A stretch of 63,972 nt of DNA, the filler included, from Salisapilia sapeloensis CBS 127946 (lineage: Eukaryota > Protista > Oomycota): the NCBI GenBank assembly GCA_023334545.1. It is 16 parts of 16 records of this genome, joined end to end, with 100 filler letters (N's around TTAATTAATTAA, not from the genome) between each part and the next. Parts side by side here need not be neighbours in the genome. Positions count along the whole stretch, not along the records: positions 20,434 to 23,179 come from JAADVB010000854.1; positions 23,280 to 29,171 come from JAADVB010000584.1; positions 29,272 to 30,892 come from JAADVB010001087.1; positions 30,993 to 33,064 come from JAADVB010000967.1; positions 33,165 to 35,045 come from JAADVB010001018.1; 11 more parts are not named here. The stretch is one strand, 5' to 3'. A program made the position numbers and the translations under genes. Below, in pieces: positions 22,863 through 33,774 of the stretch. The number at the start of each line of letters is the position of its first letter. Position 1 is the stretch's first letter. The notes under the pieces were generated by a model that was not told the DNA's origin, ran no database searches, and was given only the letters and a program-made list of their open reading frames with translations.

Positions 22863-23179
22863 TTAATTTCTTATGCTACAGAGTGCCTTTGTCAAGTCCT
22901 CCGCATAAACGTAGAGGCATCGTGGTGTCTTGAAGTGTGGATCATTGCGAAGCAGAAAGTGAGCATAGCAGACCGGGATGGAGAACAAGCACAACAATGA
23001 ACGTGAAAGACCTCCGCTGCCTCCCGGAATCCCTTGTCCGCCCAGAGCTCCTCGTCCTCGCATGATGCCCGTGCATACGCTTCGGCAGTCCCGAGCACCA
23101 GCAGTGGCCACGCTATCAGCAGCACAACCTTCCGCTGGAAATCAAAGTACCAGTCAACTGTCGACTTCTTCCAACCACT
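22863..23179 (-). CDS. 3' fragment of an unknown membrane protein gene
   Basis: The frame is open from the contig edge (..KVVLLIAWPLLVLGTAEAYARASCEDEELWADKGFREAAE), then a probable GT..AG intron and a short last exon. Confidence 0.45.
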
Positions 23180-23279
23180 NNNNNNNNNNNNNNNNNNNNN
23201 NNNNNNNNNNNNNNNNNNNNNNNTTAATTAATTAANNNNNNNNNNNNNNNNNNNNNNNNNNNNNNNNNNNNNNNNNNNN

Positions 23280-23466
23280 GCGCGTGCTGAGGCAGCTCCG
23301 CCAGAGGAGGATCAAGGCCGTGCCGATCCGCCCGCCGACCGTCCCCGAGGGCGAAGAGCGCGTCCGCGTCGTGCTCCACGCCTTCAACAGGCATGAGGAC
23401 ATCGACGTCCTGCTCGCCGCTCTCGCTTCCGTGTCCAAGACCAACGGCAACAGAGCCAAACTCTAG
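23280..23466 (+). CDS. bioF: C-terminal fragment of 8-amino-7-oxononanoate synthase (class II PLP aminotransferase)
   Basis: AVPIRPPTVPEGEERVRVVLHAFNRHEDIDVLLAAL is the characteristic AONS C-terminus. Confidence 0.8.
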
Positions 23467-23537
23467 ACGTGTATTCGAGCCAAAAGACATGGAAATTTTG
23501 ATCTACAATTATCGTTTGAACATTCTTCACGAGTGCT

Positions 23538-25078
23538 TTATGAGACGTCTCTAGTGCTAAGCTTTTTGTGCAGTAGTCGCTGAGCGAGTTTCGAATTACG
23601 ACTAGAGTACCGTCTTCCATCGCTATTGCTTTCCATGGAAAGAGATACTCTAGATGTTCGATTTGCTGGCAGGGGACTCGACTGTGGACTGATGATAACT
23701 GGTGACACCAGTGGTAACTTTCTGTCCACGCGAGACAAGTTTCTCGGAGGACATACCGACGGAATGGATGCCGCATGGGTCGCTCGTCTTGCAGGTACCT
23801 ACAGGCGAAAGCTTAGATACAGAAGATTTGTATGGATGTAAGAAGTAGACAAACCTTGGTAGGCTTTCGTCGTTGCTTTGAAGCTGCTTCGAGCTCTGGT
23901 AACGTGTCCGACCTCTCGCTTGCTGCTACATCCTCTTTATCTTCCCACCCTTCCGCTAGTGGCTGCAGCTTGAGTGTCTTTGTTGACCGTCTGCGCCTTG
24001 TTGTAACCTCGGTAGTGTTCATATCGCTTTCGAGTGCCGATTCCTTGCCTTGCTCTTCTTCTACGACGTTGCCAATGTCAAACTGCGGCGCTCGGTCAAA
24101 GATGCCGGTGGCAATGGTAGCAGCCGGACGTTGCTGAGAGCTTTTTCTCGACTTGCCATGGTCTGGTCGTCGTGGTACAATCCATAGGTCACATGCAGGT
24201 TGTGCATTCGAAGATGTAGCATCAAGCGTCTGCCTTCGAATACTGGTAGATGGCATCGATACGGACGGTCGACTACTCGTCCATGCCTGCACAAGCTCTT
24301 CCTTGGGTCCTTGAGACTCATTTGATGGTTCTTCCTGCAACAAAGCCAAGTTCCTCTGAACCTCATCTGTAGACAGAGCTCTAGGAGTACTTGCACACAA
24401 AACATGGGCTAGTGACTCTACTTCCAGACTGTTGGATGGAGGAGAGCGATCCATTGGGGCCGAGATCGTTGCACGATGAGCTTTAGAAGTCAAGTGAGAG
24501 GTGGAAGTGGTTTTCTGATCACTTAGAGGAATCGCGGGCGTGGACGTCAATCCACTCGGTCGAGCCTCGGAGGTTGGCAGTGGCTCATGGGACGCATGCA
24601 GTTTGCTCTTGATGGTTCCCCACTTGCTTGATGTCCGTGACACGTTCGACTTGGACGAGCGGATGGACAGAAGAATATCCCTAGATACCTTTTCAGCTGC
24701 GACTTGCTGAGCTCTAGACATTGCTTTCACAGCAGTCTCACTACTCACATGTCTGTCCATGACGCTAGGCAAAGGCTCTTTCATCAAGACTTCCATCCTC
24801 TCTTTACTTCTTTCCAACGCACGTATTCGACTCTCTTCGACCCTGTCTGCGCATGAGCTCTCGTCTGGACAGATGAGGTTACAGGACCGTGGTGGATGAA
24901 AGGCGGTGTCCAGCTCCTTAATCTCTATGACTTGAGCTGCAATCAAAGCAGACGTCCTGTTCACGACGGTTCGATTCTCTTCCAACGTCCCAACCTGCAT
25001 CAACGCTCTCATAAGTACATCACCGGCCACATGAACTCCAGCTGCATCCGCATCATCAATCCAGCCATAGTCCTCCAT
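23538..25078 (-). CDS. Hypothetical protein (ordered N-terminal domain plus long Ser/Pro/Arg-rich disordered tail), two exons
   Basis: 421-aa ORF, then a GT..AG intron at about 23850-23800 and a last exon VPARRATH..STRDVS*. Confidence 0.7.
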
Positions 25079-25178
25079 CCTCTCTATCGTCCTATCTGCA
25101 CTATAAATACAACTGCAATCGTTTCAAAGACATATCCAAAGGAAAAAGAAAGAGGATCATGTTGTCATTCTACTGCCT

Positions 25179-27488
25179 CTAGTACACTCGGGCAAACGGA
25201 GGAACGTGCTGGCACTCCTCTTCATCCAACGTCTGGTCATGCACCGGACGGTACTCGATCTTGGTCTCCTTACCCAACTCCGGATGGTACGCCAACGTGT
25301 GCATCATCCATTCGTCATCCAGACGCTCCGTGTAATCTTCACGCGCATGGGCGCCACGACTCTCCTTTCGAGCTTCGGCCGCATGCATCGTGCAGCTAGC
25401 CGACGCGAGCAAGTTCTTGAGCTCCCACGTCTCAATCAAATCCGTGTTCCAAACAAGAGACTTGTCCGTGACGCTAATGTCGTTGAACTTGGGCGTGATC
25501 TTGTCAATGTTTTCCTTGCCTTCCGCAAGCGTCTTCTGCGTACGGTAGACGGCAGCGTCGCTTTGCATCGTCTTCTGCATCTCAAGACGCAGCTCGGCCG
25601 TGCTGATCGGTCCGTTGGCGTGACGAAGAGCATCGAGCTCCGAGATCGACTGCATGCCACCATCGGCAGGCATCGGGCGCTTGGCCTCGCCTGGCTTGGT
25701 GATCTCGGCGATACGGATGGCACAGGCACGGCCGAAGACAACTAGATCCAAGAGAGAGTTGGCTCCGAGACGGTTGGCGCCGTGGACAGACGAGCACGCG
25801 GCTTCTCCGGCAGCAAAGAGGCCTGGCACGACCTTGTCGCCTCCGTAGCTGCCGTCCTTGTTGGGCGTGTCCGGCACCACGACTTCACCCATGTGGTTGG
25901 TAGCGATACCGCCCATGTTGTAGTGGACGGTCGGGAGCACTGGGATAGGTTCCTTGGTCACGTCCACACCGGCAAAGATAGCAGCAGTCTCACTGATACC
26001 AGGGAGACGCTCGGCGAGCAGCTCAGGCGGAAGATGGTCCAAGTGGAGGTGGATGTGGTCCTGACCCTTGCCGACACCTCGGCCTTCGCGGATTTCCATT
26101 GTCATGGCACGAGACACAACGTCTCGGGAAGCAAGGTCCTTGGCCGTCGGGGCGTAACGTTCCATGAATCGCTCACCTTCACTGTTACGAAGGATTCCAC
26201 CTTCACCACGAGCTCCTTCCGTGATCAAGCAGCCTACATAGTCCATGTCAGTCAATCGAGCTTTGCAAGGCGAAGATGGGCTAGAATCGAATGTATCCAC
26301 TCAGAGATGGATACTTTTATCTTTTGCACATGTTTGTATGACCATTTTGGTCATTTGGACAAAAATAAATCGATACTAGCCATCATGGAAGGATAGATAG
26401 AGTACCTGCGCCGTAGATGCCTGTGGGGTGGAACTGGATGAACTCTGGGTCCTGGAGTGGAATGCCGGCACGAAGAGCCATACCGGTACCGTCTCCGGTA
26501 CATGTGTGGGCAGACGTGCAGGAGAAGTAGGCACGGCCGTAGCCGCCCGTGGCGAGCACCGTATTGTTCGTGTGGAAACGGTGGAGAGAACCGTCTTCCA
26601 TGCACATGGCGATCACACCGACGCACTCATTCGCGTCGTTCATGATCAAGTCGAGCGCAAAGTACTCAATAAAGTAGCTCGTGTCGAATGCGAGAGAGCG
26701 GCCGTATAGGGTGTGGAGCATGGCGTGACCGGTACGGTCGGCAGCACAGGCACATCGGTGTGCCTGGCCACCTTTACCAAACTCGAGCGACTGACCACCG
26801 AACGCACGCTGGTAGATCTTGCCTTCGTCTGTTCGGGAGAACGGAAGACCAAAGCTCTCGAGTTCACGAACAGCTTGAGGAGCCTACACATACATAACTT
26901 AGTATACAGATCGATTCAATTACACTCATGAGTATGCTGTCAAGATGCAAATAGCCACGCGTCGATATCATTCTTTGCCCATATTAGCAACATGCATTCG
27001 GAAGAGAATGCATGTATATGGTAGATAGTGATTTATTTACTCGTATATGGCTATTATGCTGTAGGGATTATTCTTCCCATTCCCACAGCAGCCTTAAAGC
27101 AAGTGAAAAGTTGAGCACGACATACCTCTCTGCACATGTAGTGGATGGCGTCCTGGTCACCGAGCCAGTCGCTACCCTTGACGGTGTCATACATATGCCA
27201 CCGCCAGTCATCCTTGGACATGTTGCCGAGCGCAGCGTTCACACCACCCTGAGCAGCCACTGTGTGGGATCGGGTCGGGAAAAGCTTCGAGATACAAGCC
27301 GTACGGAGACCTGCCTCGGCGCAGCCCATGGCAGCTCGAAGGCCAGCACCACCAGCGCCAACGACGACAGCGTCGTATTCATGGTCGACGATGGTGTACT
27401 TGGACGTGAGTTGCGGGAGGGATGAGAAGGCTCGCTGATGCAGCCCATTCGCAGGCGCAGCGGCGCGACGAGAAGCTCGTAGCATCAT
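25179..27488 (-). CDS. SDH1: Succinate dehydrogenase flavoprotein subunit, mitochondrial (exons 27488-27126, 26883-26406, 26233-25179)
   Basis: Mitochondrial presequence, [13 protein letters not shown] motif, SHTVAAQGG covalent His, [23 protein letters not shown]; the splice sites restore the frame. Confidence 0.98.
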
Positions 27489-27819
27489 TTCAGACCGCCG
27501 GAAAGATGATCAGCAAATGAGGGGACGGGAGCCGAGTGCTCTTTCGTCACATGATACTCACTCGAAACATTTCACATTTGAGGTCGTATAATTAGATCAA
27601 AATTGTGAAATGTATTAAATGCTGCTACTATGCTTTTGTAATACGATGAAACACAATAGTATTTTTGTGGTAGAAAGATGTCTTGATAAATTAAAAACTT
27701 TTAGCTTCAATTTATTATGGTAAGGCTTGTTCTGATTAAGCTCTGAGTATGTTGCTTGTTTTTGGGACGACAACGAAAGCTGGACAGAAGTTTTGATCGG
27801 AGGATAAGAGGCCTTCTCG

Positions 27820-28914
27820 ATGGCTGTTAATAGGACGAACGACGGGACGGATGGATCTGCATCGCGTAGACCTTCACAAGTTCCTCTTTCAACCTCGAGT
27901 AATGCCAATAAGATTAGTACCGCGGCCGGTGGAAGCCATCCGATGATGAGCCAACGAGACGCAGCGGACAGTGACAAGCTAGCATACCCTCCTGACGCCG
28001 ATGCATTCGCCAGGACTGTTGGAACGATGGCTGTTGCTCACGTCGCCAATGGAGTAGGATTTAAATCCATCCAGCGGTCTGCTGCGGACACACTCGTAGA
28101 TGTTCTATCGAAATGTACGCTCTATTATACTCTATTGGCCCTCCCAGATGCGTATTGACGTGACATAGATATTCGACAAATTGGAAGCACCTCAAAAGAA
28201 ATCGCAGAGCATTCTGGTATGTCGGTTAGAACACAGCTATGTACTCTTTTCTCAATATCTATTAGGTCGAACGCAGTGCGCCGCGACAGACATCATGCAG
28301 GCTCTTCAGGACAACGTCCCTTCTCCCGTGAATCCTATTGATCTAGCACAGGCACTTCAGACAGCCAAAACACCATTCCCACGCGCCATTCCGTCTAAAT
28401 TTGTATCGACGAAGCGTGCGTCCAGTACGAACATGGAAGTGAGTCAGCTAGGTAAACGAGCGGAGCGTCCAGCAAACGTCCCTTCTTTCATGCCAGCTCT
28501 ACCACCAAAGCACACGTATGACTTAAAAGGAAAAACAGTGGTTGAGAGGGAGCAGGACCCTAAAAAAGTGCGACGACATTTACTTCAGGAGAAGAGCGCC
28601 GTCCAACAGTCTCTCCACAGTCTTCACAAATTCGGAGGACTGTCGTCTGGAAGTACATCTTACACGACTATTCCAGCACATGAAAAGACGGTACGTATCG
28701 TGTACCTAATGTGCCATGACAGCATTCTTAATGTGACCTGTAGGAAGTTTTCAATGCAAAACGGACGTTTGCTGGTGTAAAGGGTGATGACGCCAATAAG
28801 AAATCGCAGCCTCTCGATACGAATACGCTGGCATTGCCAAAGAATGACAGTCAGGATATGGGTAAAGAGGACAAGATCTTGGCAGGAACGTTCCACGATG
28901 GAGACTCCGAGTAG
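27820..28914 (+). CDS. TAF8: TFIID subunit 8 (histone-fold/BTP domain plus TAF8 C-terminal domain), multi-exon
   Basis: AVAHVANGVGFKSIQRSAADTLVDVLSK|YIRQIGSTSKEIAEHS|GRTQCAATDIMQAL, then HVPSF-like ANVPSFMPALPPKHTY and EKSAVQQSLHSL. Confidence 0.85.
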
Positions 28915-29271
28915 ACTTAACAAGCGACACCTGTCGTGGAATTTCACGCATCCACTTCATCATTATACAAAAAATGGTACCTGCTCTTTCTACGCTTCTA
29001 CTCTACACGTACAAACGATCCCGTTAGTATGTAGAAGAGTAGGTAGGCTTGTGACTTTCGTACCTGCTGCTCAGTGGCTTTCGCAATCTCTTCATCGTCC
29101 GTCAGGAACCACTGGTACGTTGCCCCCACTCGCCTCTTTACAAACGACGTGTAGTGGCCTCCGTGTCTCCCNNNNNNNNNNNNNNNNNNNNNNNNNNNNN
29201 NNNNNNNNNNNNNNNTTAATTAATTAANNNNNNNNNNNNNNNNNNNNNNNNNNNNNNNNNNNNNNNNNNNN

Positions 29272-29527
29272 GAACGTATACGGTCTTTGGCTGATCATCA
29301 TCAAAACGATGTCGATGACAATTATCAGTGCTAGAGTAATGGTCACCATCTCGCCGTTCAGTAGGAGCCTGTGTATGATGTTCTGGAGGGTCATGTGCAC
29401 TGCTATTATATTCATGATTATGCTCTTCTTCTTCTTGTTGTGATGCTTCGTGTGTAGTGGCACGTTGTAACCAGTCGCGTCCAAATAGCCGTTCCATGCG
29501 CTGGCGATATCCTCTTGTGTAGACCAT
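29272..29527 (-). CDS. Small ORF immediately downstream of the capsid ORF (runs off the contig)
   Basis: The ATG sits 1 nt after the capsid TGA (TGAcATG): MVYTRGYRQRMERLFGRDWLQ... A second frame is also open over the same interval and ends in a TM-like stretch. Confidence 0.4.
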
Positions 29528-29528
29528 G

Positions 29529-30773
29529 TCAATTTGCAGAATGAAGCTTCGACATCTGATCGTCTGCTCCAAATATAACGTTTGGCATCGTCTCCGTCCA
29601 CGTAGGATGGTACCAGCGGTCGTCTTGGAACTCTTTGAACTGGACAATGTACCGCACCTGAAAATCAATGTTGCACAGCGTATTGTACTCTTTGCTTTCT
29701 CCAAACAATGGATCTCTGTACAGTAGGACCTGTAGCTGTTCTTGGTACGTAGGAGGTGTCCCTACCTTGGTCCACACCTTACGATGCTCGTCAAATTCTG
29801 GATGTGCCTTGGCGGAGTTTGCTTTTATGTAGCGTTTCACTGTGGTATTGATACCTTCTCCGTACATGTGTGCCTTCACTCGGTCCCATTGAATATCCCT
29901 GTACTGCTGCATTTCACGCAATGGTCTGTCTGTTTGTAGCATGTATCGATTGGTACCCGTGTCTGGATCCGTACTCTTGTTCGTAAGCTTTGATCCAATT
30001 AAGATATCGTTGCCTGCTTTCCTGCTCATGTTACGGAAACGCATTATAATCTCGCATCCTAGTACGGTGTAGTACTTGTACAGCTTATGACAGTAATACT
30101 CCAGCCCGTACTTGAACGTTGGAGTCTGTTCATGCGCTGGATAGTCACCGTTATATGTGGTTCCAAACTCCCACGGTTGGCCAATTTGTCTGGTGCCTTG
30201 ATGATAATCATGCATGAATGCTGTGTGTAGTCCGCCTGGAACGGTCATCGGATTATCATAATAGTTCGTACAAATGGAGAATGACTGTGCGCTTTCGTAG
30301 TCAATGTGCTTCATGCCTCCTTGGAACTGACACGGGAAGACTACTGTCTTTGTCTGTGGTAGCCACGCTGTCTCTGGCTCGTGAATAAGGACCTCCGTTT
30401 CTTTCGAAATGGTGTCAATGCCAGCACCGTCCATGGGATTATCCGTTGGTACTTCCGCCATAGCTACTTGCGTGTTTTGTGTATCTGCGGCCTTTACACT
30501 AGCTGGATGGTAGTCGTGGCTTTGCTTATTGGCCTTGGTGTTCTCCTGTGTAGCCTCTCCGTCAGGGTGTTCCTTCCGCTTTCGTAAGCGCTGTGGGGTT
30601 GCCTGCAAATCTTGAAATGAAGCAGTCTTGCCTTGATCTTGTTCTTCACTCTTGCCGAATACCGAGTGATAGGCTTGATCCAATTGGCCAACGTCTTCTT
30701 TATACTGCTCATAGGCCTGTTGATATGATAGGCCTTCGCGAATTAGTTCTGCAATACGAGGTATCCACGACAT
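29529..30773 (-). CDS. Putative ssDNA virus capsid protein (parvo-like hybrid/CRESS-type jelly-roll); endogenous element or co-sequenced virus
   Basis: Intronless 414-aa ORF. The N-terminal region is hydrophilic with a basic NLS-like motif (PQRLRKRK), and an internal Met/Gly segment (MAEVPTDNPMDGAG) resembles a VP2 start. The Tyr/Thr/Val-rich beta core has KLYKYYTVLGCEIIMRFRN and NIDFQVRYIVQFKE, typical strand motifs of ssDNA virus capsids. Recognised by eye only. Confidence 0.72.
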   Translation of the reverse strand: MSWIPRIAELIREGLSYQQAYEQYKEDVGQLDQAYHSVFGKSEEQDQGKTASFQDLQATPQRLRKRKEHPDGEATQENTKANKQSHDYHPASVKAADTQNTQVAMAEVPTDNPMDGAGIDTISKETEVLIHEPETAWLPQTKTVVFPCQFQGGMKHIDYESAQSFSICTNYYDNPMTVPGGLHTAFMHDYHQGTRQIGQPWEFGTTYNGDYPAHEQTPTFKYGLEYYCHKLYKYYTVLGCEIIMRFRNMSRKAGNDILIGSKLTNKSTDPDTGTNRYMLQTDRPLREMQQYRDIQWDRVKAHMYGEGINTTVKRYIKANSAKAHPEFDEHRKVWTKVGTPPTYQEQLQVLLYRDPLFGESKEYNTLCNIDFQVRYIVQFKEFQDDRWYHPTWTETMPNVIFGADDQMSKLHSAN

Positions 30774-30797
30774 CTAGCAAATTGAAAAATGATGGAT

Positions 30798-30890
30798 TTA
30801 AAGGTTATAGTAAAGATCTTTGATGCGCTGCTGATAGTACTCTGGACTACGTATTGGTTCTCCAGTGGGGCAGTCACGGCAGTAGTCCCA
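30798..30890 (-). CDS. C-terminal 30 aa of an upstream ORF on the viral contig (possibly Rep or an accessory protein)
   Basis: The frame is open from the contig edge: WDYCRDCPTGEPIRSPEYYQQRIKDLYYNL*, with its stop 24 nt before the capsid ATG. Confidence 0.4.
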   Translation of the reverse strand, partial: WDYCRDCPTGEPIRSPEYYQQRIKDLYYNL

Positions 30891-30992
30891 GCNNNNNNNN
30901 NNNNNNNNNNNNNNNNNNNNNNNNNNNNNNNNNNNNTTAATTAATTAANNNNNNNNNNNNNNNNNNNNNNNNNNNNNNNNNNNNNNNNNNNN

Positions 30993-31133
30993 TGTCATAA
31001 GGCACAAGAGGAAGCAAAAAAGATAGTTCCCAAACCGGGACTCGAACCCGGGTCGCGTGGGTGAAAGCCACGTATCCTAACCGCCTAGACTATTTGGGAT
31101 TGCTGATATATCTGTTAATAATAAATATAATAA
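30993..31133 (-). repeat. Left arm of a perfect 141-bp inverted repeat (partner 32924-33064) containing tRNA-Glu
   Basis: Base-by-base reverse-complement identity from tgtcataagg.. to ..ataataa; weaker similarity (cctgggttactgtg) continues about 40 nt inward. Confidence 0.95.
31027..31099 (-). tRNA. trnE: tRNA-Glu(TTC)
   Basis: Exact reverse complement of the 32958-33030 copy: 73-nt cloverleaf followed by a T6 terminator. Confidence 0.95.
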
Positions 31134-32923
31134 ATATCATATTTGACTCATTCGTTATTTTCCTGGGTTACTGTGCTACCATCGTATCTGCACGTCGAAT
31201 TGACTTTACAAACTATAGCTGAAGCATATGACGGGCACACACTTATCTCGTTCACGATCAAGCACTAGCCTGTCGCATACACGCCATAACGACGACGATG
31301 ACACAAATTGACAGTTTTACTGGCTACGGGTACGCCTGATGACTAATGGAGTTCTCCATTTAGAGGCTTCATCGCTCGTCCAAATGTTGTGAGAGTTAAT
31401 CAGAAGTTATTCATATTACCTACGCTCCTGTCTGGTTATATCTACGTAGTATATAATTTATCTGTATTTTTATAACGATTTCGACCATCTAGCGACAGTT
31501 GTACTCGGTTTTAGATAGATTGCGATTGATGCTCCCTCTGCTTTTGCTGTACAACTATGCATCTTTTAAACACAACAAGTATCGAGGTAGCCAAGCACTT
31601 GATAGACCATATCTTTAAAGATACACTTACGATTGGCAATAGTCAAACAACCGTATTGTACATTACTTTAACGACTTGACTCGAAATGCTAATGCTCACG
31701 CTAAGTACGTGGGTGTCTTTCAATCCGCACTTTAACTCGCTTCTCACCCAGTCTAACGTACTTAAGCTTTCAAGGCTCGCTCTTATGCGACACATCCCTT
31801 AAAGCCCATCCAAGCACGAAATTAGCAACCGATTGACAATAACTTTTTACAAGGGACACGTTCGATGCTGACCTCTGTGAACGACATATCCTCCATAGAA
31901 GAGGAGCGTAAACTGGTATGGTGTCGCCGGGTCGCAGCGTAATCTTGGATAAACGTATATATTCTCAAGCAATCCAATCATCATTCTGGATGGAACGCGT
32001 CACGTCCGCTTTTGCAAGTAGGCACACAACAAGTGATTTAATTTTGCAAGTTCCAAGCTCATTGTGTTGTTTTATATCGGTGCCTGTATCTGTGTGGTGT
32101 CCACGCGATGCAATCAAAACGTCGATCAAGAACTTAAGAACATAGTCGCCGATCTAAAGATACAAAAGAGGACATTTGACCACTTGGTTCAAGATCAAGT
32201 AGCTATTTTCCTACAGCCTGTTTAATCGTTCAGCTATCATACCAAGTAGCTTGTTGTAGTCTATATCATTTTATGCCAGCATGAGGCGTGTACAAACCAT
32301 CGATTAAGATATACATGTACCCCTCGGAGTATTTCCTTTATCACATAGGAAACCATGACCAGTAGAAGTATGCTTTCCTTCAAGTCGTTTTATTCGAGCG
32401 GCATAGCAGTCCAAAGCTTATGATCAAACACAATATATTCTTTCTAACCAACATCTCTTGCACTTGGAGCTAGCACTACATAAGGCAATAACTTCTCTGT
32501 ACTGCTTCTCGATGTTTCATAAGACATCAGTTCGTATTGATAGAAGTTGTTGAGCTCAATACTTATTATCGGCGTCATTTACTCTCTTGTAGTGGCGGAA
32601 AGAACTCAAATCACTCGCAGATGAAGTTTCGGCATGACCAGACATCAACGCCTCTTCGAATTTATAAGACAAAGTCTGTTGAAGGATCATGTCTATATGC
32701 CATACGAATTTAATCGACTGAAACGATTTGGCCCTTTGTTAAGCTTGAGTCAATTTGGAGAGGTTTGTAGCCTGAATTTAGATCAAGAAGATTCAAAGGA
32801 ATGTCTAGATGAGTGCATTTAAGATAATGAGGGCACGTGATACGCGCTACATCTAGTTCCAATAACGAACACGACGATAATATCACAGTAACCCAGGATA
32901 GGACGTCGGTTTCATTTTAATAC

Positions 32924-33064
32924 TTATTATATTTATTATTAACAGATATATCAGCAATCCCAAATAGTCTAGGCGGTTAGGATACGTGGCTTTCACCCAC
33001 GCGACCCGGGTTCGAGTCCCGGTTTGGGAACTATCTTTTTTGCTTCCTCTTGTGCCTTATGACA
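32924..33064 (+). repeat. Right arm of the 141-bp inverted repeat
   Basis: Identical to the reverse complement of 30993-31133. Confidence 0.95.
32958..33030 (+). tRNA. trnE: tRNA-Glu(TTC)
   Basis: TCCCAAA/TTTGGGA acceptor stem, anticodon loop CT-TTC-AC, T-arm CCGGG-TTCGAGT-CCCGG, and a T6 Pol III terminator just downstream. Confidence 0.95.
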
Positions 33065-33164
33065 NNNNNNNNNNNNNNNNNNNNNNNNNNNNNNNNNNNN
33101 NNNNNNNNTTAATTAATTAANNNNNNNNNNNNNNNNNNNNNNNNNNNNNNNNNNNNNNNNNNNN

Positions 33165-33356
33165 GGTCACATTATTGGATGTCTTGATGGCTTTCCAACG
33201 TTTCTCGTCCATTTTTCGAGGTATTGACTGGTCAAACTTTTTATAATGCCGGAGCGCTTCGTGCACAAGTATCATCGCGATGCGCTTGCAGTCAGCCTTC
33301 TTTTCATCCGAGAGCTCGAAGCTTTTGTATGCGTTTGCTGTCCATTGCGTCGACAT
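33165..33356 (-). CDS. 5' fragment of an oomycete START-like domain family gene
   Basis: SFELSDEKKADCKRIAMILVHEALRHYKKF..MDEKRWKAIKTSNNVT matches the N-terminus (L..L.e....W..vk) of the expanded oomycete START-like/FYVE family; truncated by the spacer. Confidence 0.65.
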
Positions 33357-33774
33357 AGTCTCAATATTGCTGGCAACGTGCAAATCTGTGAATGGCATTA
33401 AAACGGATCTTCAAATCTCGAAGTGGAGACGATACTGCGGGAAACATCACTGGCGTGCTTCATACATCGTCTTTTCTGTCGTGTTTTGCTTGGCTTGCGC
33501 TAGATTGGATAGCATACTTCGAACAGAAAAGCGGCCAATGTAGCTGAAAATCGTAAGCTTGTGAAGCTTTAATCGTAATCATATTCTTTATCTTATAGAT
33601 GAGCGCCTGGGCGAGCGATGTCTGCTCTTGTTCATATCAAGATAGCCTTGTTTGAGCTGTCTATCCAACTTCACACCTACCTCTGAGACCTACCAAAATT
33701 GAGTTCAACTACTTTAAAGAAGATGGAAATGAATTCGGTGAAATGCAGGAATAGCAGGGTACAAGGTGCGATAG

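Noticed and set aside
29272-30892. Search for a CRESS nonanucleotide/stem-loop, Rep motifs or a parvoviral PLA2 motif on the viral contig
   Set aside because: I found no TAGTATTAC-like origin, no HUH/Walker motifs and no YxGPG/HDxxY pair. 'LDQAY' alone is not enough to call PLA2.
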